DNA from: Vicinamibacteria bacterium
GTDB lineage: Bacteria > Acidobacteriota > Vicinamibacteria > Marinacidobacterales > Marinacidobacteraceae
NCBI GenBank assembly: GCA_963668695.2
Contig: CAXXLQ010000004.1
Coordinates: 2,880,001 to 2,944,000 of the forward strand
Reading direction: 5' to 3'
DNA: 64,000 bases
In this document: positions 49,875-59,518 of the stretch, in pieces
Layout: each line of letters opens with the position of its first letter
Position numbering within the stretch: position 1 is the stretch's first letter
Notes under the pieces: generated by a model
What the model was told of the DNA's origin: nothing
Database searches by the model: none
The model's input: the letters and a program-made list of their open reading frames with translations, nothing else
Made by a program: the position numbers and the translations under genes

Positions 49875-51575
49875 TCAGCCGATGGCGGCGGCGGCCGCGA
49901 CTACCGGCAGGTCTTTCGCTACCCGCTGTTCCCGGTTCCGCAGGGCGGCTCCGATGAAATCGCTGAAAAGCGGATGCGGACGGAGCGGGTTCGACTGGAA
50001 CTCCGGATGGAACTGAACCGCGAGGAACCAGGGATGGTCGGGAATTTCGGCGATTTCGTAGAACCCGTCCTCCGTGAGGCCGGTGAACTTCATCCCTCGG
50101 GATTCGACGAGGTCCGTGTAGCCGCGCTCGAATTCGTAACGGTGCCGGTGGCGCTCACTGATGCGGGTTGCGCCATAGGCTCGCGCCGCCAGCGAACCCT
50201 CCCGCAGGATGCAGGTTGCCGCGCCCACCCGCATCGTCCCGCCCATCTGCTCGACGCCTTCGAGACCGCGCAACAACTGGAAGACCTGATGCTCCGCGTC
50301 CGGATCGAGTTCCTGGGTGCTCGCCCCGGCGAGTCCGCATTCGGAGCGCGCGAACTCCACCACCGCCCACTGGAACCCGTAACAGATTCCGAAAAACGGA
50401 ACCCCCTCGATTCGGGCTCTGCCGGCGGCCGCCGCCATCCCCTCGGTTCCTCGAGAGCCGAATCCCCCGGGCACGAGGACGCCGTCGCAGTTATCCAGCG
50501 AGGAAAGATCGCCGTTCTGGAGGCTCTCGGCTTCCACCCAGCGGATTTCCACCCGGGCGGCATGCGGGACTCCTCCGTGCACCAGGGCTTCGCTGAGGCT
50601 CTTGTACGAGTCCGCGAGTTCGACGTACTTGCCCACCACCCCGATCCGGACATCTCGCGTCCCCGCCCCGAGACGCTCCACCAGATCTTTCCAATCGGTC
50701 AGCTCCCGTGCCCGCGAAGGGAGGCGGAAATGTTCGAGGACGCGGCTGTCCACCCCCTCGGCCGCCAGGTTCAGGGGGACTTCGTACACGGAGCCTGCGT
50801 CCACGGCGGTAAAGACGGCGTCGCGCGCGACCGAGGTGTGCAAAGCGATCTTGGCCTTTACGTCGGCGGGCAGCCTCTCTGCGGCGCGGCACAGGAGTAC
50901 ATCGGGTTGGATCCCGATCGCCCGTAGTTCGCGGACACTGTGCTGGGTGGGCTTGGTCTTGTACTCGCCGGCCGTCGCGATCATCGGGACGAGAGTCAGA
51001 TGCAGAAAGCAGACCCGAGTCGGACCCGCGTCCAGCCGGAACTGGCGGGCCGCTTCCAGAAAGGGTTGTCCCTCGATGTCACCCACCGTGCCGCCGATCT
51101 CGATGATGACAACGTCGGCCCCGTCGTCGGCGACCGCAATCACCCGGCGCTTGATTTCGTCGGTGACGTGGGGAATTACCTGCACGGTGGCTCCCAAATA
51201 GCCGCCTTGCCGCTCGCGCTCGATAACGGTCTCGTAGATCTGGCCGCTCGTGACGTTCGAAAGCGCCGAGAAGGCGCTGCCGGTGAATCGCTCGTAGTGG
51301 CCTACGTCAAGATCCGTTTCGGCGCCGTCGTGGGTCACGAAGACCTCGCCGTGCTGGTACGGGCTCATGGTGCCCGGGTCCACGTTCAGGTACGGGTCGA
51401 ACTTGAGGAAAGTGACCGAGTACCCCTGAGATTTCAGCAGCCGTCCGATGGACGCGGATGCGATTCCCTTGCCGAGCGAAGAGATCACCCCACCCGTAAC
51501 GAAGAGAAAGCGCGTCTTGTCGGGGAAGGAGGGGAGACTCAAGGGGTATGACTCCCTTTCCCGAACGCCCGCCAT
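49875..51575 (-). CDS. pyrG: CTP synthase
   Basis: FVTGGVISSLGKG, DPYLNVDPGTMSP, KTKPTQHSV, VPGGFG, GICYG, ERHRHRYE, QFHPE. Confidence 0.97.
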   Translation of the reverse strand: MAGVRERESYPLSLPSFPDKTRFLFVTGGVISSLGKGIASASIGRLLKSQGYSVTFLKFDPYLNVDPGTMSPYQHGEVFVTHDGAETDLDVGHYERFTGSAFSALSNVTSGQIYETVIERERQGGYLGATVQVIPHVTDEIKRRVIAVADDGADVVIIEIGGTVGDIEGQPFLEAARQFRLDAGPTRVCFLHLTLVPMIATAGEYKTKPTQHSVRELRAIGIQPDVLLCRAAERLPADVKAKIALHTSVARDAVFTAVDAGSVYEVPLNLAAEGVDSRVLEHFRLPSRARELTDWKDLVERLGAGTRDVRIGVVGKYVELADSYKSLSEALVHGGVPHAARVEIRWVEAESLQNGDLSSLDNCDGVLVPGGFGSRGTEGMAAAAGRARIEGVPFFGICYGFQWAVVEFARSECGLAGASTQELDPDAEHQVFQLLRGLEGVEQMGGTMRVGAATCILREGSLAARAYGATRISERHRHRYEFERGYTDLVESRGMKFTGLTEDGFYEIAEIPDHPWFLAVQFHPEFQSNPLRPHPLFSDFIGAALRNREQRVAKDLPVVAAAAAIG

Positions 51576-51585
51576 GCGGGACGTG

Positions 51586-51594
51586 ATTCTACCA
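51586..51594 (-). promoter_or_regulatory. extended -10 TGgTAGAAT, 10 nt before the pyrG ATG
   Basis: Minus-strand TGGTAGAATCACGTCCCGCATG. Confidence 0.55.
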
Positions 51595-51807
51595 GAACAC
51601 GCCTTTCCGGCGGATGGCGCCCGGAGGGACCGTCCCAATGGGAGGGCGCGGGGGAGCGTCGGGTGCGGAGCCGTCCCGCTGTACTCCGTTGTTCGGTAGT
51701 GGTCCCGTCGGCGCGCCCAAAGCAATCGGTGGACCAGAACCCGACCCCTATTCGTCCGGCCAGAACTTTGAGAAGAAATCGCTCGCAATCTCGTCTGATG
51801 TCTTGGG

Positions 51808-52935
51808 ATGCCCGACCGACTGCCAGTATCGCCGCCCTCAGATCCATCCGGCCCCCCGGTGGGACTCGCCCGGCTCCTGAAGCACCTCGTGAGTGTCGGC
51901 GGGAGCGATCTTCACCTCAGGCCCGGAGCCGTTCCTCGCCTGCGGATCGATGGTCGGCTCATCCAGGCCGAGGGGGAACCGCTTCCCGCAGGCATGGTGG
52001 AGTCGATGGTCGCCGCCGGAATCCCGGAGCGCCACCGCGCGCTGCTCGAGCAGGGTGGTGAGGCTGACTACTCCTTCACCCTGACCGGGGTCGCCCGCTT
52101 TCGCGGCAGTGTCTTTCGCTGCCGAGGGGCGCTTGCCGCGGTCTATCGGGTGGTTGCTGACGAAGTTCCATCGCTGGATGCGCTTGGGTTGCCGGCAAGC
52201 GCGGCGAAGCTCGCCGCCCTCGGCTCCGGTCTGGTCCTCACTTCCGGTCCGGTCGGGTCGGGGAAGTCCACCACCATGGCGGCCATCCTGGACCGGATCA
52301 ACCGCACGCGCGCGGTCCATATTGTCACCGTCGAGGATCCGGTGGAAGTCATCCACCAGAATCGACGCGCCCTGGTAACGCAGCGGCAGGTCGGAAGCGA
52401 CACCAACTCCTTTCACGCCGCTTTGAGGTCCGTTCTGCGCTCCGACCCGGACGTGGTGATGATTGGAGAGGTTCGCGATCGGGAGACGGTAGACGCGGCG
52501 CTCCGGGTGAGTGAAACCGGACACCTGGCGCTCGCCACGATTCACGCCCGGTCGGCGCTCCACGCGCTGACCAGCGTCGTGGAAATGTTCCCGGCGTCTC
52601 AACATCGCCAGGCCCGTATCCGGCTCTCCGCCTCGCTCGAGACGATCTACTGCCAGCGTCTTGTTCCACGCGCCGATGGACGCGGACGCGTGCTTGCCGT
52701 CGAGCAACTCGCGCCCACGGCTGCGGCGCGCAACCTGATCCGCGAGGACAAGCTGCACCAGCTCTTTGCCGTCATGGATGCGGGCGCGGGGCAGGGAGCG
52801 GTGGTCTCTCTCAACGAGGCGCTGGCTTCGTTGTGCCGCCGGGGCATCGTTACCCGGAGCGACGCCCTCGCCGCATCGAACGAACCGGTGAAATTGACCG
52901 CCGCGCTCCGGTCCGCAACCAACGACCGAGGTTAG
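51808..52935 (+). CDS. pilT: type IV pilus retraction ATPase
   Basis: GSDLHL, GPVGSGKSTT, VEDPVE, DPDVVMIGEVRD, TGHLALATIH, AARNLIRE. Confidence 0.92.
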   Translation: MPDRLPVSPPSDPSGPPVGLARLLKHLVSVGGSDLHLRPGAVPRLRIDGRLIQAEGEPLPAGMVESMVAAGIPERHRALLEQGGEADYSFTLTGVARFRGSVFRCRGALAAVYRVVADEVPSLDALGLPASAAKLAALGSGLVLTSGPVGSGKSTTMAAILDRINRTRAVHIVTVEDPVEVIHQNRRALVTQRQVGSDTNSFHAALRSVLRSDPDVVMIGEVRDRETVDAALRVSETGHLALATIHARSALHALTSVVEMFPASQHRQARIRLSASLETIYCQRLVPRADGRGRVLAVEQLAPTAAARNLIREDKLHQLFAVMDAGAGQGAVVSLNEALASLCRRGIVTRSDALAASNEPVKLTAALRSATNDRG

Positions 52936-53307
52936 CAGCCTGTGGCAAAACCCACGCGGCCCAGTTCTCCCGGTGGGGGCTCGACCGGCGATCCATCCCG
53001 GCTGAACCACTCCGCTTCGCTGCGTTCTGCGTTGCGTTTCGGTCGAAATACACCCGGTATTCCTCCCTCACGCGCCTTGTCAGCCGGGCCCCCACCGGGA
53101 GAACTGGCCCCACCGGGAGAACTGGGCCTCACCGGCCTCGGCGCTCACCCGGGTTTCACCACAGGCTGCCAGGAGCCGGTGGACAAGGTCGCGCGGTCCG
53201 GTTCTCCCGGCGGGGGCTCGAGCGGCGATGCATCCCGACGCAAACACCCCCCACCGGGAGAACCGGACCGCACCATTCTCGGCGCTCACGCCACGTTGTC
53301 CACAGAG
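52933..53307 (+). mobile_element. two adjacent MITE copies (52933-~53170 and degenerate ~53173-53307); left TAG is the pilT stop
   Basis: TAGCAGCCTGTGG ... CCACAGGCTG, then GCCGGTGGACAA ... TTGTCCACAG. Confidence 0.82.
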
Positions 53308-53342
53308 TCCGGGTACCGCATGCGGCCGTTGGAGAGACTTCG

Positions 53343-54455
53343 GTGATCTTCCGATCGGCAGGGCGCGCGAGAACGTCGTCCGGGGTCATTCGCGGGGTTT
53401 CGGGTTGGATTTCCCTGAAGTCCGTCAGCCGCAGGAAGATCGCGGTCACGGTGCGGCAACTGGGAGTCATGGTGGGCGCGGGGCTGCCACTTGCCGAGAG
53501 TCTGTCCGTCCTCCAGCATCAGGAGGAGAACCGGCGGCTGCGGACCACGGTGGAGATGATCGCCCGCGACGTCGAATCGGGTAGTTCGCTTGCCATGGCG
53601 ATGAGCCGCCATCCACGGATTTTCGGCCGGCTCGCGGTGGCTATGACTTCCATCGGAGAGGCAAGCGGGCGCCTTGATCAGAGCCTTCTTCGTCTGGCAA
53701 CGGAACTCGAAAAGGCAGCGGCAGTGACGCAGCATGTCCGTGGAGCGTTCGCCTATCCCCTGGTCGTGGGCGCCATCGGAGCGCTCGTGGTTTCGGTAAT
53801 CCTGTGGCGCGTGGTACCTGTCTTCAACGAGCTCTACGAGGGCCTCGATGCCGAGTTGCCTCTCCTGACCCGTATCGTGGTTGACGCATCCCGATCGTTC
53901 GGGTCGTGGGCGCTCGGAGCGTCGACTGCCGTCGTCGGCATTGCGTTGGGAGTCACCCGAATTCGGCGGACTGAGCGCGGAGGCGCCTTGTGCGACCGCC
54001 TCGCCCTTCGCATCCCGATGCTCGGAGGCCTGCTGCGGCGTGCGGGAATCTCGCGGTTTTGCCGAACCCTGTCGGTACTGACGGGGGCCGGGGTTCCGGT
54101 ACTGGAGGGACTGGACATCGCCCGCCGCGCCGTGGGAAACCGGCATCTCGAAGGAGCGATATCGAGCGTTCGTTCGAGAGTGGAGGCGGGAGCCTCCCTC
54201 GCGATCCCGCTTCGGCAGACCGGACTGTTCCCACCCATGGTGGTGCAGATGGTTGCGGTGGGGGAGCGTACCGGGGAACTCGAAATGTCGCTGGAAAAAG
54301 TTGCGGAGTTCTACGAGGAGGAGGTGCGGCGGACGACCGCAACCATCCTGCCTCTCATCGAGCCCCTGTTGATCCTCGTTCTGGGCCTGGTGGTCGGGGC
54401 GATCGTGATCGCGATGTATCTCCCGATCTGGACGCTCGTCGGCCGTTTGGGGTAA
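53343..54455 (+). CDS. pilC: type IV pilus platform protein PilC (GspF family); start approximate
   Basis: RQLGVMVGAGLPL, GEASGRL, AFAYP, LFPPMVVQMVAVGERTGEL, IEP, AMYLP. Confidence 0.9.
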   Translation: MIFRSAGRARTSSGVIRGVSGWISLKSVSRRKIAVTVRQLGVMVGAGLPLAESLSVLQHQEENRRLRTTVEMIARDVESGSSLAMAMSRHPRIFGRLAVAMTSIGEASGRLDQSLLRLATELEKAAAVTQHVRGAFAYPLVVGAIGALVVSVILWRVVPVFNELYEGLDAELPLLTRIVVDASRSFGSWALGASTAVVGIALGVTRIRRTERGGALCDRLALRIPMLGGLLRRAGISRFCRTLSVLTGAGVPVLEGLDIARRAVGNRHLEGAISSVRSRVEAGASLAIPLRQTGLFPPMVVQMVAVGERTGELEMSLEKVAEFYEEEVRRTTATILPLIEPLLILVLGLVVGAIVIAMYLPIWTLVGRLG

Positions 54456-54567
54456 CAACCGGTGGACAAAGTCGCACGGCGCGGTTGCTGTGCAAATGCA
54501 GTAGCGCCCGGACGCCGACAGCCGGACGCCGACAGCCTGGATGGCGCGCTGGCAAGGGAACGCCGAC
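54453..54567 (+). mobile_element. MITE-related fragment, second interior subtype; left TAA is the pilC stop
   Basis: TAACAACCGGTGGACAAAG end; interior matches ~20728-20792. Confidence 0.7.
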
Positions 54568-54883
54568 CTCTGGCCTCCATCGCGCGGGAGCGCGAAACGA
54601 GCGCCGATGACGTTGCGCCATGCCAAGGTGAGGGCCGCGTCTTTTTGCCGCGTCTTTTTCATGACGGGCGAGGGTGTGCAGGAGGACCCGATCATGGGGG
54701 TTTCTTCCGGTCGGGCCTCGGCGTCCATCCTCTCGGCTACCGGCGGCCGGGGGCAACCACGAAATCCTGCGCTGTCTCTCAGCCTCGCCGTCCCGCCTGG
54801 ACGGGTGCGAGTGGGGCGCCGTTCGCCTGCGGCCTCGTCTCCGCCGGCGCGATCCACGAATCGTCCAAGGAGGACGTATCCTT

Positions 54884-55534
54884 ATGAAACACACCGACTC
54901 CGTCTTTCCGGTCCGGGACTTCCACATGAAAGAGCCACATTCGGGGCCCATCGTCCAGGGGACGAAGAGGCTCGAGGCGTGCTCCCGCCATTCGCCTCCG
55001 TCTGCCGGCTTCACTCTTATCGAATTGCTGATCGTCATTGCGATCATCGGGGTGATTGCCGGAATTGCCATTCCGCAGTTGTTGCGCGCGCGTTTGTCCG
55101 CGAACGAGGCGCAGGCGATCGGAGACTCGCGGGCGGTAATTGCGGCGCAGCAGACCTATGCGGCCTCCAACTGCGGATTCTTCGCCGACCTTACAAACCT
55201 CTGCCGTAACGGCGCCGATTGCGGCGGGGCGATCGGAATTCCCGACTATCCGGACGCCGCCCCGGAATTCGTTGGTGGGGATCTGGGGCGGACGAGTCCG
55301 TACGTGAAAGGTGGATACACCCGGACGCTGACTCCAAACGGGACACCGACTTCCATCCCGGATCACTGTGACCCCGACAGCCTGCTCGACTACTGCTACC
55401 ACGCGGAGCCCGCCGACGTCGGACGCACCGGGGTCCGGTCCTTCTCGGCGACGAGTTCCGGAGCGATTTACAACGATCCGTCCGGAACGGCGATCGCATG
55501 CCCCGTTCCCGCCGCAACCGCGTTCCTCGAATGA
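54884..55534 (+). CDS. type IV pilin (probable major pilin)
   Basis: G/FTLIELLIVIAIIGVIAGIAIP prepilin motif; AGGAGG SD; several Cys. Confidence 0.85.
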   Translation: MKHTDSVFPVRDFHMKEPHSGPIVQGTKRLEACSRHSPPSAGFTLIELLIVIAIIGVIAGIAIPQLLRARLSANEAQAIGDSRAVIAAQQTYAASNCGFFADLTNLCRNGADCGGAIGIPDYPDAAPEFVGGDLGRTSPYVKGGYTRTLTPNGTPTSIPDHCDPDSLLDYCYHAEPADVGRTGVRSFSATSSGAIYNDPSGTAIACPVPAATAFLE

Positions 55535-55544
55535 GTCGGGGCGA

Positions 55545-55625
55545 GCAGCCGGTGGACAAAGTCGCGCGGCCCAGTTCTCCCGGTGGGGCCCTTGGCGCTC
55601 ACGCCTCTCGGTCCACGGACTGCTA
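55545..55625 (+). mobile_element. short degenerate MITE
   Basis: GCAGCCGGTGGACAAA ... GGTCCACGGACTGCTA with an internal CCAGTTCTCCCGGTGGGG. Confidence 0.7.
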
Positions 55626-55627
55626 GC

Positions 55628-56397
55628 TTGGAGATTCGAGCCCGTTCGCTGACCTGTTCCTATCCGGCCCCAGGGCGTTTCGGATTGTCGCTTCGGCGGT
55701 GGGCTGCCGTCCGGGATCTGAGTTTGGTGGTGGCGCCAGGAGAGGTGGTGGCGCTTTGTGGGAAGAACGGATCGGGGAAGTCCACGACGCTGCGACTCCT
55801 CGCGGGACTCCTGATTCCCGACGCGGGCGAAGCGCTTCTCGGTGGAATCCCGGCGGCCAGGAGCGACGCCCGTCGCCGCTTGGGCTACGTTGCTGAAGAA
55901 GATGAATTCCCGCCAAGTCTGCGGGTGTGGGAGATTCTGCGCTACGCCGCGGTGCTCGCCGGACATAGCGGCGCGCGGGCGCGCCGCGAAGCCGAAGTCG
56001 CCGCGGAGGCGGCCGAACTGGGCGGTTGGACTTCCCCGGGATGCGTTGCTCGCGCGGGGTCCGGCGTCTGGTTTCGCTCGCGCAGGCGCTTGTCGGCCAG
56101 CCTCTGGCGCTCGTGCTCGACGAGCCGTTCACCGGTCTCGATCCGGAGGCGCGGGCCCGGTCCATCGCGGCCGTCCGCCGAGCGGCTGGACGGGGAGCCG
56201 CCGTGATCCTGAGCCTCCACGAGGCTGCCGCCATCGAGTCCCTGGCGGACCGACTGATCGTGCTTGCGGCCGGTAGCGTCGCGTCCTGCGGACCGCCCGG
56301 GGACTTCATCGGAAATGGGTGCGGTTCCACTGCTGCTCCCGGTGGTGGCGGCGACTGGCTTCTCGCCGCGTTGGGCGGCGAGAAGCAGATTTCCTGA
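55628..56397 (+). pseudogene. ABC transporter ATPase, frameshifted near 56025 (real or assembly indel)
   Basis: Walker A GKNGSGKST in one frame; degenerate signature CSRGVRR, LVLDEPFTGLD and H-loop SLH in the next. Confidence 0.75.
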
Positions 56398-56400
56398 CTG

Positions 56401-57183
56401 GTGATGTCCGTCGTCCGCCTGGCGGCGACCGCGGTCGTGGCCCTGCGCGGTTTTGTCTCCGAGCGGAGCCTGGTGGCCAGTTTGGCTTTGGTAGTGGTGT
56501 CGCTCGGCATCGGGGTAGCTCTCGCCGATGCGTCGCTTGGTCACGAGGGACGGTTCGAGGCCGACATCGCCTGGGCTTCGGCGGAAGCACTGGGTTGGTT
56601 CCTGGCTCTTACCCAGGGAGCCGGACTTGCCGGCTACCGGGGTGTGCTCGGTGCCTTCGCCCTCGCCAGGCCTGTCCCCGCGAATCTCCTGCTGGCGGGA
56701 CGGTTTCTCGGCCTGGCGGCGGGTCTCTTCCTCTATGCGGCGGCGGTGAGTGTGATCCTGCTCGCGTGGCTGTCCGGCTGGTCGGGAACTGCATCGGTCC
56801 CGGTGCTCGGGTTGGGTTGGTTGTTGTGGTTACGGCTGCTCGTGGTCCTCGCCGTCGCCACGTTCCTGCTGGCGCTTGCACGGCCTTCGGTTGCGGCGCC
56901 CCTGGCGGCCGCGTCTTGCGTCGCGGGCTGGTTCTTCGGGAGTGTCTCGCCGGCTCCGAGCCCCCTCGCTCTGAGACCGTTGTCGGTGTTCGCGACCTTC
57001 GTTCTTCCGGACTTTCCGGTCCTTGACGCTCCGCTCGGAGGCTTGCCGGATGCGCTTGCCGCGGTATCGGTGCTGCTTGCCGGACCTACGCTCTACGCAG
57101 CGCTCTACGCGGCCGCGATGGTTGCAGCAGCGATCGCCATTTTCCCGCGGCGCGCGCGCCGGTTGTTGGCGAGAGTTCCCTGA
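56401..57183 (+). CDS. ABC-2 type permease associated with the pilus locus
   Basis: Multiple TM helices, LARPV...LAGRFLG, VLPDF; follows the ABC ATPase. Confidence 0.75.
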   Translation: MMSVVRLAATAVVALRGFVSERSLVASLALVVVSLGIGVALADASLGHEGRFEADIAWASAEALGWFLALTQGAGLAGYRGVLGAFALARPVPANLLLAGRFLGLAAGLFLYAAAVSVILLAWLSGWSGTASVPVLGLGWLLWLRLLVVLAVATFLLALARPSVAAPLAAASCVAGWFFGSVSPAPSPLALRPLSVFATFVLPDFPVLDAPLGGLPDALAAVSVLLAGPTLYAALYAAAMVAAAIAIFPRRARRLLARVP

Positions 57184-57190
57184 ACATCGG

Positions 57191-58090
57191 ATGCGTCTCC
57201 GTCCCAAGGTTGCTTTCCTCCGGCGCTACGCGGGACGCATCGCTGGCGTCGGGCTGTCGATCGCGTGCCTCGGGGCATCCGAATTCGTGTCGCCGGCGGT
57301 GCAGTCTGCGTCCGGGTCGGCCCGTTGGTGGTCGGGCGCTCACCTCAGCGATGATGGGATCGCCGTCCTCCCGACGGCGATCCGGCGAGTGCTGGCCGAC
57401 ACCTCGTGGCTGCTCGCGATCCAGCACTATGGAAGCCGGAGACTTGAAGGCTCCTCCCATTTCCCGAGCCTCGGCGCACTCATCGACCGGACGCTGCGCC
57501 TGGATCCGGGATTTCGTCCCGCGGCGGTGGTGGGGGCCTTACTCCTGGGGGAGTCCCCGCCATTTGGCGCCGGCGAGCCGCAGCGCGCCGATCGGATCCT
57601 TGCGGAATGGCTGGCTCGGCACCCAGGGGATTTCGATGCGGTGCTGGTTCGGGGACTACTGCATTCCTGGTATCTGAGAGACCTGGACGCGGCCGCCCGC
57701 ATCCTCGAAGCTGCGAGCGCGCGGGACGGCGCCCCCCCGTGGTTCACGGCCCTCACCGCCCGATCCCTGACCGAGACGGGAGATCGCGAAACGGCGCGCA
57801 GGCTGTGGCGCGCCTTGTTGGAGAGAGCAGACGACGGTCGCACGAGGTCCAACGCTTCGACGCATCTGCTGCAGCTGGACGCTTTGGACCAGCGTGATCG
57901 ACTCGTCGCGGCGGTAGGGGAGTACGAGCGCCGCTCGGGACGAAGCCCGGTTGACTGGAACCAGTTGATCGCGAAGGGATTGTTGCCGGGCCGGCCGGTG
58001 GACCCGGCAGGCGCTCCCTTCGTTCTGGACCGCGACGGAATGCCCCGAATAGCCCGTACCTCTCCGCTGGCCGGTTTCCCCGGCCGCTGA
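57191..58090 (+). CDS. membrane-anchored TPR-like pilus-locus protein
   Basis: N-terminal TM, LADTSWLLAIQHYG, LRLDP.F, helical repeats, DPAG.PF. Confidence 0.65.
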   Translation: MRLRPKVAFLRRYAGRIAGVGLSIACLGASEFVSPAVQSASGSARWWSGAHLSDDGIAVLPTAIRRVLADTSWLLAIQHYGSRRLEGSSHFPSLGALIDRTLRLDPGFRPAAVVGALLLGESPPFGAGEPQRADRILAEWLARHPGDFDAVLVRGLLHSWYLRDLDAAARILEAASARDGAPPWFTALTARSLTETGDRETARRLWRALLERADDGRTRSNASTHLLQLDALDQRDRLVAAVGEYERRSGRSPVDWNQLIAKGLLPGRPVDPAGAPFVLDRDGMPRIARTSPLAGFPGR

Positions 58091-58093
58091 CCG

Positions 58094-58858
58094 GTGGCAG
58101 GACCTGAAGCCGGTTTTCCCGGCGCCTTCAGCCTTGTGTTGCTGTTCGTCATGGGACTCATCCTCGGGAGTTTCTTCAACGTGGTGATCCACCGCCTCCC
58201 CATTGGGGAGTCCCTGCTGTTTCCCGGATCGAGGTGCCCTTCGTGCACCGCGCCGATTCGGGTCCGGGACAACCTGCCGGTGATCTCCTGGCTCTGGCTG
58301 CGCGGCCGGTGCCGGGATTGCCGGATCCCGATCTCCATCCGGTACCCGGTGGTCGAACTCCTGACCGGGCTCCTGGTCGTCTTCGCCCTGGGAACGGGCG
58401 ACCCGGCGATGGCCGCGTCCCGGTTCGTTTTCGGGAGTTTGCTGCTCATCCTGGCGCTGACCGATTGGGAGCGCATGGTGCTGCCGGACATTCTCACCCT
58501 TCCCGGTGCTGCGCTCGGCCTGCTGCTCGCGGGACCCCGGGCCGACCTGGACCTCGTGACCTCCTGCATCGGGGCCGCCCTAGGCGGTGGGCTGCTCTTC
58601 TTGTTGCGCGCTCTCTGGTTGAGGTTTCGGGGCGTTGAAGCGGTTGGCCTCGGGGACGTCAAGTTTCTCCTGATGATCGGGACGTTTCTGGGCCCGGTCC
58701 CGACGCTGGGCGCGATCGCCCTCGCGGCGGCAACCGGCGTGGCGGCGGCGGGGCCGCTTCTGCTGCTCGGGAAGATCCGGCGCGACACCCCACTTCCGTT
58801 CGGCACGCTCCTGGCTCTTGGTGCGGCCGTAGCCTTCGGCGTCTCGACCGGCGGCTGA
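58094..58858 (+). CDS. pilD: prepilin peptidase/methyltransferase
   Basis: GSFFNVVIHRLP, SRCPSC, GRCRDC, RYPVVE, D..RMVLPD, GLGDVKF, PFG. Confidence 0.93.
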   Translation: MAGPEAGFPGAFSLVLLFVMGLILGSFFNVVIHRLPIGESLLFPGSRCPSCTAPIRVRDNLPVISWLWLRGRCRDCRIPISIRYPVVELLTGLLVVFALGTGDPAMAASRFVFGSLLLILALTDWERMVLPDILTLPGAALGLLLAGPRADLDLVTSCIGAALGGGLLFLLRALWLRFRGVEAVGLGDVKFLLMIGTFLGPVPTLGAIALAAATGVAAAGPLLLLGKIRRDTPLPFGTLLALGAAVAFGVSTGG

Positions 58859-59008
58859 CGCCCGGCCCGGCACGAGCCGCCGGCGGGAAGGGAAGCCGGA
58901 CGGGCTCCGTCAGGGTTCTTCGGCCTTCGCTTCGACTTTTCCACATTCGGCCCTTTCGCGGGAAAAAAGCGAAGCGATTCCCGTCCTTTCTCTTCATAGG
59001 GAAGAGAC

Positions 59009-59518
59009 ATGGGCAGACCCGATGAACCTCGCCGGACCGTTTGCCGGGCAGGCGAGGAGGGCTTTTCCCTCGTCGAGACGCTGTTTGCCGTCCTCCTCCT
59101 CGTTGTCGCGGGCGGCGGACTCGTCCGGGCGCTCGCCCAGCTGTCCCTGGCCCGGCAGACCGCCGCCTACAGCGGCCTCGCGACCCGGATCGCCCGGGGC
59201 AAGATGGAAGAATTCCGCGCAGCGCCCTTTTCACGCGGGTGGCCGTGGTCCGGATATCACCCGGCCGTTGCTCCGGGCGGGAGCGTCGGGATCGGCGGCG
59301 GGGGCTCTCCGGGGTATTCCGAATACTTCGGCGAGGACGGTCAACCGAGCGATCAGCACTCCGCACTCTATGAGGTGCGGTGGAGGATCGGGGAGTTGAC
59401 CCCGCCGGGCCAGGGCCAACTCGCCAGTCTCCGCTTCGAAGTGGTGGCAATGCCGGCCTCCGGCGGGCGCGGTCCGGTTGTTCGGTTGGAATCTGTTCGG
59501 GTGGCAAACCGTGAATAG
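59009..59518 (+). CDS. minor pilin, PilV-like
   Basis: G/FSLVETLFAVLLL N-methylation motif; GGAAGAG upstream. Confidence 0.75.
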   Translation: MGRPDEPRRTVCRAGEEGFSLVETLFAVLLLVVAGGGLVRALAQLSLARQTAAYSGLATRIARGKMEEFRAAPFSRGWPWSGYHPAVAPGGSVGIGGGGSPGYSEYFGEDGQPSDQHSALYEVRWRIGELTPPGQGQLASLRFEVVAMPASGGRGPVVRLESVRVANRE

